Below, one piece after another: positions 52,838 through 61,769 of a stretch of DNA of 64,000 nucleotides (positions are counted from its first letter, which is position 1; the number at the start of each line of letters is the position of its first letter). The position numbers and the translations under genes are program-made. Source of the stretch: Myxococcota bacterium (GTDB lineage: Bacteria > Myxococcota_A > Polyangia > Nannocystales > Nannocystaceae); the NCBI GenBank assembly GCA_039028615.1, contig JBCCHT010000036.1, positions 32,001 to 96,000 on the forward strand, written 5' to 3'. Below the pieces are notes generated by a model, which was given only the letters and a program-made list of their open reading frames with translations, had not been told where the DNA came from and did no database searches.

Positions 52838-54589
52838 CTACCCATCGACGCGCTGGGCGAGCAGCCAGATCTCGGACGAGGTGCCACCGTAGAAGTGGCC
52901 TCGCGCGTGCCGGCTGCCGGAGTACTCCAGCACTTTGAGCCCCACCTGGGCGCACATGTGGACCAGCTCGGTGAGTCCGTACACCCGCAGGCCCATGTTG
53001 TGCTCGAACTGACTGCCAGTCTCGAACACCACGGTGCGGTGCACGTGCACCGTGCTGGTGGGCGCGTAGATCTGGGCTTCGTCGAGCACGAGGCAGCCCT
53101 GCCCCTGCCACCACGAACGGGCGGGCAAGCGACCCACGATGTAGTCGCGGTTGAGCACCTGGATCATCAGCCGGCCGCCGGGGGCCAAGCGGTCGCGCAT
53201 TTGCTGGATGGCGAGCCGGTCGTCTTCGTCGCCGAACAAGCCGATGGTGCCGCCGAGGCAGACGACCCCGGAAAACGACCCCTCGACCGAGGGCTGCCGC
53301 ATGTCGCCGGAGATCAGGTTGACGGCCGCCCCCGCGGCCTGAGCCGCATGGCTGGCCCGCATCAGCTGGGCCGGCGAGGGATCGAGACCGGTCACGGCCA
53401 TGCCGCGGGCGGCGAAGGCCACCGCATGCGCGCCATCACCGCAACCCACGTCGAGGATGGGTGAGCCGGCCGGGAGCCCCATGCACTGCAGCACGAAGTC
53501 GGCGTCGATGGCCGCCGAGGCAGCCCGATTGACGGGCAGCAGCGCCGCGTAGTGCTCCCCGAAGGCATCGATCTGCCAGCTGGGATCGACCGGAGGCGCG
53601 GGCGCGATGGTCGAGATGGCCGCGTGCAGGCTGGCGCTGGAGACCGGAGGCGGCGGGCGACCGACGTCGAGACCACCCGAGGCGGGAGGGGCCGGCGGCG
53701 GGCTGGCGTCCTCGATCTCCTCGATGACTTCATCGCCCTCTTCGACGAGGTCGTCCGCGTCGAGCTCGTGGGGCTCTTCGTCGGGGTCGTCGTCTTCGTG
53801 GTCGTACGCGACGTCGAGGACCCCGCTGGCCGCGGGCGCGATGACGACCTTGGAGGCCGGCGGCGGCACGGGATCGGGCGCGCCCTCGTCGACCAGGCTG
53901 GCTCGATCGGGGATCTCGCCCCGCACCAGCGTCTCGGCCGCGTCGTCGGGCTCGGACTCGATCATGCCGGCCGCGACGGGTACCGGCTCTTCTTCGAAGC
54001 CGGCCGGGGCCGTGGGCGGCGGACCGATGACCGTCTCGCCGGAGATGGCGGGGGGCAGCTCGTCGGGCGGAAGCTCGTCGCTGGCCGGGGTCGGCGTAGG
54101 GCTGACCAGCGTACGCGTCAGCGTGGGGATGAACAGGCCGTCGTCGCCCTCGTCGTCCCCGTCCTCGCCATCGGACGCCTCGGCGGGCTCGGGCTCGGCC
54201 TCGGCGGCGGGCGGCGGCGGAGCCTCGCTGGTGACGGGGTGGGCACCGATGGGCGGGACCTCGAGCGAGACCTCGAGCTGACCTTCGGGCGCGGCGAGCC
54301 CGATCTCGAGGGCCTCGGGCGCGAGGGTCTTGGGCGGCTCTTCGGGCAGATCGACCGTGCTCCGCACCAAGGTGGTGCGGCTTTCGAAGCTCTGCCCCTC
54401 GTCGTCACTGGGCGCCGGTTGACTGACCGTCTGCTCATCGCCGCCGGGGAAGGGATGGGACGTCAGCGAGTCGGCGATGCGTGCATCGAGATCGTCGATG
54501 GGAGCATTGGCCGCCCCGGACGCGAGGTCGCCGTCCTCGGAGATCCACGCCTTCCACTGCTCGGACGCGGTCTTCCAGGCACCACTCAC
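52838..54589 (-). CDS. Class I SAM-dependent methyltransferase with a long acidic/Pro-rich N-terminal region
   Basis: ILDVGCGDGAH, VTGLDPS, GDMR in the C-terminal ~250 aa. GTG start overlaps the psd stop (GTGA). Confidence 0.82.
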   Translation of the reverse strand: MSGAWKTASEQWKAWISEDGDLASGAANAPIDDLDARIADSLTSHPFPGGDEQTVSQPAPSDDEGQSFESRTTLVRSTVDLPEEPPKTLAPEALEIGLAAPEGQLEVSLEVPPIGAHPVTSEAPPPPAAEAEPEPAEASDGEDGDDEGDDGLFIPTLTRTLVSPTPTPASDELPPDELPPAISGETVIGPPPTAPAGFEEEPVPVAAGMIESEPDDAAETLVRGEIPDRASLVDEGAPDPVPPPASKVVIAPAASGVLDVAYDHEDDDPDEEPHELDADDLVEEGDEVIEEIEDASPPPAPPASGGLDVGRPPPPVSSASLHAAISTIAPAPPVDPSWQIDAFGEHYAALLPVNRAASAAIDADFVLQCMGLPAGSPILDVGCGDGAHAVAFAARGMAVTGLDPSPAQLMRASHAAQAAGAAVNLISGDMRQPSVEGSFSGVVCLGGTIGLFGDEDDRLAIQQMRDRLAPGGRLMIQVLNRDYIVGRLPARSWWQGQGCLVLDEAQIYAPTSTVHVHRTVVFETGSQFEHNMGLRVYGLTELVHMCAQVGLKVLEYSGSRHARGHFYGGTSSEIWLLAQRVDG

Positions 54590-55476
54590 GAGGCATCCCC
54601 TTTCGATGCCGTCTCCTCGAGCAGGGTCCGCCCCAAGAGCATGGGCACGGGCAGGTGCGGCTCGGTGCAGCGCAGGCCGGGGCCCACGAGCATGATCACG
54701 GTGCTCCCCAAGTGGAAGATGCCGAGCTCGTCGCCCTTGGACAGGCGCGCGGGCGGCTGGCAATCGCGGACCTGGAGCTCGCGCGGATGCGGATCGAAGC
54801 GCTGGTAGCTGCAGGTCATGTGACCCACGCCGAACGCGGCGACCATCACCACCGCCATCGTGCCGTGGCCGGTCTCCAGCACGTGGACGAGCCGCTCGTT
54901 GAGCGCGAAGAGCCGGGGCTCGCGACGGGCCGACGCCTCGGTCACGGGCAGCAAGCGCCCCGGCACGTGCACCACGCGATGGGCGAGCGCGTCGCAGGGC
55001 GCATGCACGCGGTGATAGTCGCGCGGGTGCAGGTAGATGGTGAGCGCGGTCCCGCCCACGAACTCGCGCGCGAGCGCCTCGTCGGCCAGCAGCTCACCCA
55101 AGGAAAACGCATGACCCTTCGCGACGACCTCGGAGCCGTCTTCGATGGGCGCGACCTGGCGCAGCTCACCGTCGCAGGGCGACACGACCGTGCTCGAGCG
55201 CGGGTCGATGGAGCGCGCGCCTTGGCGCAGCCGACGGGTGAAGAACTCGTCGAAGCTGGTGAAGCCGTCTTCGAGCGAGAGCGGATCCACGTCGCGTAGG
55301 TTGACGTCGAAGTAGCGCGCGTACGCCTGCACTGCAGCTCGTCCGACCGGCTCGGGCAGCCGCAGTCGAGCGGCCGCTCCCAAAAACCGGCTTGCCACGG
55401 ACGCCGACCAGTCGGGCGTGGCATGGACGAGAGCCGCAGCGACACGAGCGCGCAGGGGAATTCCGCGGTCCCTCAT
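54586..55476 (-). CDS. psd: Phosphatidylserine decarboxylase proenzyme
   Basis: FDEFFTRRL, SPCDG, YLHPRDYHRVHAP, NER, FHLGSTV self-cleavage motif. Confidence 0.92.
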   Translation of the reverse strand: MRDRGIPLRARVAAALVHATPDWSASVASRFLGAAARLRLPEPVGRAAVQAYARYFDVNLRDVDPLSLEDGFTSFDEFFTRRLRQGARSIDPRSSTVVSPCDGELRQVAPIEDGSEVVAKGHAFSLGELLADEALAREFVGGTALTIYLHPRDYHRVHAPCDALAHRVVHVPGRLLPVTEASARREPRLFALNERLVHVLETGHGTMAVVMVAAFGVGHMTCSYQRFDPHPRELQVRDCQPPARLSKGDELGIFHLGSTVIMLVGPGLRCTEPHLPVPMLLGRTLLEETASKGDAS

Positions 55477-55590
55477 CGGTTGCGGATAGACTAAACGAGC
55501 GCCCGCCCCGCACGCAAGCGCACGGAGCGGGTCCAAGTCGTCATGCGGCCCACGGACACGGCGAAAGCCGGCCCGTGCACGGGTGCTGCA

Positions 55591-57024
55591 CTACACGTCG
55601 AAGTACAGGGCGAACTCGTGGGGGTGAGGCCGCATGCGAACTTCCCCTACCTCCTGGGTGCGCTTCCAGTCGATCCAGGCGCCGATGAGGTCCGAGGAGA
55701 ACACGTCCCCCTTGAGCAGGAAGTCGTGGTCCTTGCCCAGGGCGTCGAGCGCCCCTTCCAGGCTGCCGGGCACGGAGGGCACGTTGGCCAGCTCCTCGGG
55801 GGAGAGGCTGTAGATGTCCTTGTCCAGGGGCTCGCCCGGGTCGAGCTTGCGCTCGATGCCGTCGAGACCGGCCATCATCAGCGCCGAGAACGCCAGGTAG
55901 GGGTTCGCCGTGGGATCCGGGGTGCGGAACTCGATGCGCGCCGCCTTGGGCTGGCGAGCCGCGGCCGGGATGCGGATGGAGGCGGAGCGGTTGCTGGCGC
56001 TGTAGGCCAGGTTCACCGGGGCCTCGAAGCCCGGCACCAGGCGCTTGTAGCTGTTGGTGCTGGGGTTGGTGAAGGCACACAGCGCGGGCGCGTGCTCGAG
56101 GATGCCAGCGATGAAGTGCATCGCCATCTCGCTCATGCCCGCGTAGGCGTCCCCGGCGAACAGCGGGTTGCCGTCCTTCCACAGGCTGAGGTGGGTGTGC
56201 ATGCCGTTGCCGTTGTCGGCGTACAGCGGCTTGGGCATGAACGTCACGGTGCGGCCGGCCCGGCGCGCGACGTTCTTGATGACGTACTTGAACCAGCACA
56301 TCTTGTCGGCTTGGTCGACCAGTGCGTCGAAGCGGATGTCGATCTCGGCCTGGCCGCCCGTGGCCACCTCGTGGTGCTGACGCTCGACGGTGATGCCCAC
56401 GTCCTCGAGGGCGAGCACCATCTCGGTGCGCAGGTCGTGCAGCGCGTCGGTGGGCGGCACGGGCACGTAGCCCGCCTTGGGGCCGACCTTGTAGCCGAGG
56501 TTGGGGAACTCCTCGCGGCCGGTATTCCAGTGGCCCTCGACCGAGTCGACCGAGTAGTGCGCGGCGTTGACCGAGCCGCCGAAGCGGACGTCGTCGAAGA
56601 TGAAGAACTCGGCCTCGGGACCCACGTAGGCGGTGTCGGCCAGGCCGGTGGAGCGCAGGTAGGCCTCGGCGCGCTTGGCCAGCGCCCGGGGGTCACGCTC
56701 GTAGTCTTGGCCGGTGATGGGGTCCCGAATGTCGCCCAGGAGCACCAGGGTCGGCACCTCCATGAACGGGTCGATGCGAGAGGTGCTCGCCTCGGGCATC
56801 ACCAACATGTCCGAGTTGTTGATCGCCTTCCAGCCGCGGATCGAAGAGCCGTCGAACGCAAAGCCCTCCTCGAAGGCGGCTTCGTCGAGCTGGTGCGAGG
56901 GCACCGTGAAGTGTTGCCAAGCGCCCAGCATGTCCTGGAAGCGGATGTCGACCATCCGCACGTCTTGATCGCGCAGCAGCTCGAGGACTTCTTGGGTGGT
57001 TTGCGGAAAGTTGTCGTTGCTCAC
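55591..57024 (-). CDS. glnA: Glutamine synthetase type I
   Basis: [36 protein letters not shown], adenylylation-type Tyr in KDIYSL. Confidence 0.97.
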   Translation of the reverse strand: MSNDNFPQTTQEVLELLRDQDVRMVDIRFQDMLGAWQHFTVPSHQLDEAAFEEGFAFDGSSIRGWKAINNSDMLVMPEASTSRIDPFMEVPTLVLLGDIRDPITGQDYERDPRALAKRAEAYLRSTGLADTAYVGPEAEFFIFDDVRFGGSVNAAHYSVDSVEGHWNTGREEFPNLGYKVGPKAGYVPVPPTDALHDLRTEMVLALEDVGITVERQHHEVATGGQAEIDIRFDALVDQADKMCWFKYVIKNVARRAGRTVTFMPKPLYADNGNGMHTHLSLWKDGNPLFAGDAYAGMSEMAMHFIAGILEHAPALCAFTNPSTNSYKRLVPGFEAPVNLAYSASNRSASIRIPAAARQPKAARIEFRTPDPTANPYLAFSALMMAGLDGIERKLDPGEPLDKDIYSLSPEELANVPSVPGSLEGALDALGKDHDFLLKGDVFSSDLIGAWIDWKRTQEVGEVRMRPHPHEFALYFDV

Positions 57025-57080
57025 GGGTTCTCGCCTTTCGGACGTCGTGTGCGAATTGAGTGGCGTCGTTCCCCTGCGGG

Positions 57081-57419
57081 TCAGAGCGCCGTTTCGCCGC
57101 GCTCACCGGTACGCACGCGGACCGCCTCGAGCACGGGGAGGACGAAGATCTTGCCGTCGCCGATCCGGTCGGAGGCCGCGACCTCGCGGATGGCTTGCAG
57201 TACTTCCTCGACCAAGCGGGCGGGCACGACCACCTCGAGCTTGATCTTGGGGACGAAGTCGATCACGTAGGCCGAGCCGCGATGGACCTCGCGCTTGCCC
57301 CCGGTCCGGCCGAAGCCGCGGACCTCGGACACGGTCATGCCCCCTACCCCGATCTCGGTGAGTCGGTCCTTGACGTCGTCGAGCGCAAAGGGACGGATGA
57401 TCGCCTCGATCTTCAGCAT
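57081..57419 (-). CDS. glnB: P-II nitrogen regulatory protein
   Basis: [31 protein letters not shown]; lies directly upstream of glnA. Confidence 0.92.
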   Translation of the reverse strand: MLKIEAIIRPFALDDVKDRLTEIGVGGMTVSEVRGFGRTGGKREVHRGSAYVIDFVPKIKLEVVVPARLVEEVLQAIREVAASDRIGDGKIFVLPVLEAVRVRTGERGETAL

Positions 57420-57482
57420 CTCGGTGGGGCCGTCCGTCATGGTCTCGATCTCGCGGGGTCGGGGAAAAGCGACCGGGGTCGC

Positions 57483-58487
57483 TCAGGTGCCGGGGATGGT
57501 GGGCGACCAGGCCGGCTCGGCGGGGATGGGCTCGATGCAGCCGATGATGTCGGAGACCCGGGCGATGCCCAGCTCCGCCATCAAGCGGCGAAGCTCCTCA
57601 CGGATGGTCAGCGCGGCGATGGGCTTGGCGAAGTTCGAGGTGCCCACCTGCAGGCAGCTGGCCCCGGCCATGAGGAACTCGAGCGCGTCCTCGCCCGAGG
57701 CGATGCCGCCCATGCCACAGATCGGCAGGTCGGGCGCGGCTCGGTGCACCTGATGGATCATCCGCAGCGCGATGGGCTTGATGGCCGCCCCGGACAGCCC
57801 GCCGTAGGTCGTGGCCAGCCGCGGCCTTCGGGTGCGAACGTCGACCGCCATCCCCGTGATGGTGTTGATGAGCGAGACGCCCTTGGCCCCTGCGTCGGCC
57901 ACCGCCTGGGCCATGGCCGGCACGTCCCCCGCATTGGGCGACAGCTTGACCACGATGGGGATGTCGGAGGCCTCGACGCAGCGGCGGGTCAGATCGTTCG
58001 CCACCTCGGGCACGGTGCCGAACTCGATCCCGCCCTTTTTGATGTTGGGGCAGGAGATGTTCATCTCCAGCACGCCGATGCCCTTGCCCTTGCCGGCGTT
58101 GAGCATCTCGACACAGCGGACGTAGTCGTCCTTGTCCTCGCCGAAGAAGTTCACCCAGACGCTGATGCCCAGATCGGCCAAGAACGGCAGTTTCTCGGCC
58201 AGGAAGGCCTCGGCGCCGACGTTCTCGAGACCGATGGAGTTGAGCATGCCCGCCGCCGTCTCGCAGATGCGCGGCAGCGGGTTGCCGAAGCGGGGCTTGG
58301 GCGAGATGCCCTTGGTCGACAGCCCCGCCAGCTCGCGCAGGTCCATGAAGGGCGCGAACTTCTGGCCGTACGCGAAGCAGCCCGACGCGGTCATCATGGG
58401 GTGCGGCAGCGCCAGGTCGCCCATCGAGCAGCTCAGGTCGACCTGCTCGGGGGTGAGAGAGGACGTAGGTCGCGGAGCGGCGGTCAT
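57483..58487 (-). CDS. pyrD: Dihydroorotate dehydrogenase B, catalytic subunit
   Basis: ASGCF, GNPLPRI, MLNSIGLEN, NISCPN, VKLSPN, GGLSG. Confidence 0.93.
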   Translation of the reverse strand: MTAAPRPTSSLTPEQVDLSCSMGDLALPHPMMTASGCFAYGQKFAPFMDLRELAGLSTKGISPKPRFGNPLPRICETAAGMLNSIGLENVGAEAFLAEKLPFLADLGISVWVNFFGEDKDDYVRCVEMLNAGKGKGIGVLEMNISCPNIKKGGIEFGTVPEVANDLTRRCVEASDIPIVVKLSPNAGDVPAMAQAVADAGAKGVSLINTITGMAVDVRTRRPRLATTYGGLSGAAIKPIALRMIHQVHRAAPDLPICGMGGIASGEDALEFLMAGASCLQVGTSNFAKPIAALTIREELRRLMAELGIARVSDIIGCIEPIPAEPAWSPTIPGT

Positions 58488-59305
58488 GACCAGCGCACCC
58501 TTTGAGCGTCGAAGACGGGGCCGTCCGTGCAGCAGTACTCGTACGAGCGCTCGCCGTACACGGGCACCGCACACCCGAGGCAGACCCCGAAGCCGCAGGC
58601 CATTTCCTCTTCGAGGCACAGCGAGGTGGGCACCTCGCGGGACAGCGCCAGGGTGCGCACCGCCTTGAGCATGGGCGTGGGGCCGCAGGACAGCACGTGC
58701 ACCGACTCTTTGCGGCTCGCGGCCAGCTCGAGGCGTCGGGCGAGCGGCACGGTGACGAAGCCGGCCTCGCCGACGCTGCCGTCTTCGGTGGCCAGGTGCA
58801 TGGTCACGCCCCACTGCTCGAAGTCGGACAGCAGCACCAGGTCGTTTTCGTCGCGCCCGCCGTAGAGCAGCTCGACGCGGTCGGCCAAGCCGGCCTCGAC
58901 GGCGCGTCGCGCCTGCAGGTGCAGCGGCGGCAAACCGACGCCGCCGGCCACGAGCAGCTGCGTAGGCCCATCGGCGGAGGGTGTATCGAAGGTGCCGCGT
59001 CCCAGCGGACCGGTGACGGTGATGGGGGCCCCCTCGCTCGCCTCGCACAGCGCGGTGGTGCCCCGCCCGTAGGCCTTGAGCATCACCGAAAAGCGGCCGT
59101 CGGCCGAGGCCTCGAGCACGGAAAACGCCCGCGGGTTGACCAGATCCCGGCCCCAATCGCCGCGAAGCATGACGAATTGACCGGGAACGGTATCGGCGAG
59201 CGGAGCGGGGTCGGTCGGACCTTGCATGGTCAGGACCACGTACCCGCCACGTAGGGACCGATTGTCCACGACCCGTGACTGAAACTGCGAGGGCGAGGTC
59301 GCCAC
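58484..59305 (-). CDS. pyrK: Dihydroorotate dehydrogenase electron-transfer subunit
   Basis: PGQFVML, RAFS, GPLGRG, AGGVGLPP, CGPTPM, MACGFGVCLGC..CTDGPVF. Start is approximate. Confidence 0.9.
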   Translation of the reverse strand: MATSPSQFQSRVVDNRSLRGGYVVLTMQGPTDPAPLADTVPGQFVMLRGDWGRDLVNPRAFSVLEASADGRFSVMLKAYGRGTTALCEASEGAPITVTGPLGRGTFDTPSADGPTQLLVAGGVGLPPLHLQARRAVEAGLADRVELLYGGRDENDLVLLSDFEQWGVTMHLATEDGSVGEAGFVTVPLARRLELAASRKESVHVLSCGPTPMLKAVRTLALSREVPTSLCLEEEMACGFGVCLGCAVPVYGERSYEYCCTDGPVFDAQRVRWS

Positions 59306-59478
59306 GGGCCGGTTAGTTAGTCCAGGTGCCGCCGGCCGTCCACTCGCGGAGCCAGGCCCGCGTGAAACGAGCAGAGCGTCGTCCCAGGGCCCCCGCGACG
59401 CGATGTCGGTGATGCGAGGAAGCCGCGGCACGGGAGATCCGCGATCGGCGGCTTGCGGCGGGAGGGCGATCTCGTACT

Positions 59479-59964
59479 TCAGCCCGAGGACGACCCAGCC
59501 CCGGGCAGCATCCGCTGCATGACCAGCGCATCGTCGGGGGGCTCGCGGTAGTAGCCACGACGCAGCCCGATGCGCTCGAACGCGAACCGCTCGTACAGCG
59601 AGACGGCCGGCACGTTGCTCGCCCCGACCTCGAGAATGATGCGCTCGCAGCCCGCGGCCGTGGCCCGATCGACCACCGACGAGAGCATCATGCGCCCGAG
59701 GCCGCCGCGGCGGTGACGGGCGAGGGTGGCGATGCGGAGCAGATGCGCCTCGTCGCCCACGATCCAGGTGCAGCTCAGGCCGATGATCGTGCCCGCCCGC
59801 TCGACGACATACAGTTGAGCAAAGGGCCGCTCGAACTCCTGCTCGTAGACCTCGGTCGACCAGGCCCGACCGAAGCAGGCGGCGTCCAGCTGGGCAATGG
59901 CGGGCAGATCCGCCGCGGTTGCGGGGCGCTCGCCGCCCGCATGGGCCCGCCCGCCCGCCGTCAC
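59479..59964 (-). CDS. rimI: RimI-like GNAT N-acetyltransferase
   Basis: RPATAADL, DEAHLLRIA, RRGGLG, LEVGASN..LYERFAF..RRGYY..DALVM. GTGA overlap with engB. Confidence 0.85.
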   Translation of the reverse strand: MTAGGRAHAGGERPATAADLPAIAQLDAACFGRAWSTEVYEQEFERPFAQLYVVERAGTIIGLSCTWIVGDEAHLLRIATLARHRRGGLGRMMLSSVVDRATAAGCERIILEVGASNVPAVSLYERFAFERIGLRRGYYREPPDDALVMQRMLPGAGSSSG

Positions 59965-60608
59965 TCGGGCTCCGCCAGCGCGGCCAACTCGGCCGCCAAC
60001 CCATCTGGACCGGAGATCCCCAGCCCCGCGCTGGCCGACGTCAGCAGCACGTCGCGGGGCTTGGCGCCGACGTCCTTGGCCAGGGTGCGTCGCAGCAGGC
60101 CGCGCTTGGACGCCCCCAGCTTGTCGCACTTGGTCGCCACCAGCAGGCTGGGCAGTTCTTGCTCGCTGGCGAACTGCAGCAGGTCGAGATCGTCGTCGCG
60201 AAAGGAACCCCGACGAGCATCGACGAGCACGATGAGCGCCCGCAGGGACTCGCGATCGGTCAGGTAGCCCTCGATCATCGGCGCAAACGACTGGCGAATC
60301 TCGGCCCGAGCGGCCGCGAAACCGTAGCCAGGCAGGTCTACGACCCGGATCGAACGCTGGGCGTCGCCCGGACCCCGCAGCTCGACATCGAAGACGTTGA
60401 GCAGCTGGGTCCGCCCCGGCGTCCGGCTCACCCGGGCCAGGCCTCGTCGCCCGGTCAGCGCGTTGAGCAGGCTCGATTTACCCACATTGGAGCGGCCCGC
60501 GAAGGCCACCTCGGGTCGGTCGGCGGGGGGACAGCCGGCGACGTCCGGGGCACTGATCACGAACTGGGCCTCAACGACCCGCCAACCGCCTTTGGAGGGT
60601 TCGCCCAT
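59961..60608 (-). CDS. engB: Ribosome biogenesis GTPase YihA/YsxC
   Basis: GRSNVGKSS, SRTPGRT, DLPGYG, TKCDK. Confidence 0.94.
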   Translation of the reverse strand: MGEPSKGGWRVVEAQFVISAPDVAGCPPADRPEVAFAGRSNVGKSSLLNALTGRRGLARVSRTPGRTQLLNVFDVELRGPGDAQRSIRVVDLPGYGFAAARAEIRQSFAPMIEGYLTDRESLRALIVLVDARRGSFRDDDLDLLQFASEQELPSLLVATKCDKLGASKRGLLRRTLAKDVGAKPRDVLLTSASAGLGISGPDGLAAELAALAEPE

Positions 60609-60682
60609 CGACCGCATCCCTACCAGGCACCGACCGCGTCGGGAAGTCTCCCCGGCGGGCGGAAGCTGGTACCCTCCTCGGC

Positions 60683-61669
60683 ATGGATGTGTATGGCCTC
60701 ACTGGCGGCATCGGCAGCGGCAAGTCGACCGTGGCCGATCTGCTCGAGGAGTACGGGGTTCCCGTCGTCTCCGCCGACGAGCTGTCGCGCGTGGTCGTCG
60801 CCCGCGGCAGCGAGGGGCTGCAAGCGGTGGTCGACAAGTTCGGGGCCGAGGTCGTCGACGCCAACGGTGATCTCGACCGCCGCCGCATGGCCAGCATCGT
60901 GTTCGGGGACGCCGAGCGTCGGCGCGAGCTCGAGGCCATCTTGCACCCGCGGATCCGCGACCGCTTCGAGCAGGTCCTCGATGCGCTCGAGAAGGCCGGC
61001 CACGAAGTCTGCGTGTACGAGGTGCCGCTGCTGTTCGAGCGCAACCTCCAAGGCGAGATGAAGGCGGTGCTGCTGGTCACCGCGCCCATCGAGGATCGCG
61101 TGGCCCGCGTGCGCGCCCGCGACAATGTCACCGAGACCGAGGTCCGAGCGCGTATCGCCGCGCAAATGGACGAAGAGACCAAGCGACGCCGCGCCGACTA
61201 CATCGTCGAGAACACGGGCAGCCTCGACGACCTGCGCCGCGAGGTGGAGTTCTTGCTCGCTCGCTTCCTGCGGGTCGGGCACACCGCTCGCCGCCCCGGC
61301 GGGCTCGAGACCACGTCCGGGACCATCGCGCCCGACACCACCCTGCCTCCTTCCGTGCCCGAGCCTCCCGCTGGCGCGGCGCGCCCGGCCGAAGACCTCC
61401 CCAGCAGCCGTCCGACGGCCGTGCCCACCGGAGCTCCGTCGACTCCGTCGGCGCCCATCAATCGCGAGCTGCCCGACGAAGAGCCCCCGCCCGGGCCCCC
61501 CACGATTCAAGACACCGGGCCGCCCCCTCGCGCCACGCCGGACACGATTCACCCCGTGGGCCCACCGCCGACGCCGACCGCTCCGCCGGCCGCCGCGGGG
61601 CAAGAGGGCAAGCCAGAGCACGAACGGATCACTCGGATCGACGTCGGACCGCCGGGCAAGAAGACCTGA
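60683..61669 (+). CDS. coaE: Dephospho-CoA kinase with a Pro-rich C-terminal extension
   Basis: GLTGGIGSGKSTV, LDRRRM, ILHPRI, EVPLLFE, ADYIVEN. Confidence 0.92.
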   Translation: MDVYGLTGGIGSGKSTVADLLEEYGVPVVSADELSRVVVARGSEGLQAVVDKFGAEVVDANGDLDRRRMASIVFGDAERRRELEAILHPRIRDRFEQVLDALEKAGHEVCVYEVPLLFERNLQGEMKAVLLVTAPIEDRVARVRARDNVTETEVRARIAAQMDEETKRRRADYIVENTGSLDDLRREVEFLLARFLRVGHTARRPGGLETTSGTIAPDTTLPPSVPEPPAGAARPAEDLPSSRPTAVPTGAPSTPSAPINRELPDEEPPPGPPTIQDTGPPPRATPDTIHPVGPPPTPTAPPAAAGQEGKPEHERITRIDVGPPGKKT

Positions 61670-61769
61670 CCTGAACGGTTGAATCGCTGAAGACCAACTT
61701 CGGCGAATGGCCGGATTGAACGCCGATCCGTCGAGAAGCCGCGGGGCCTGATAAGCTTCGTGCCGCCCG

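Noticed and set aside
52778..52840. c-di-GMP-I riboswitch suggested by GGGCAAAC
   Set aside because: The downstream GNRA stem and GACGCAAAG element are missing, and it is on the wrong strand for the sigma gene.
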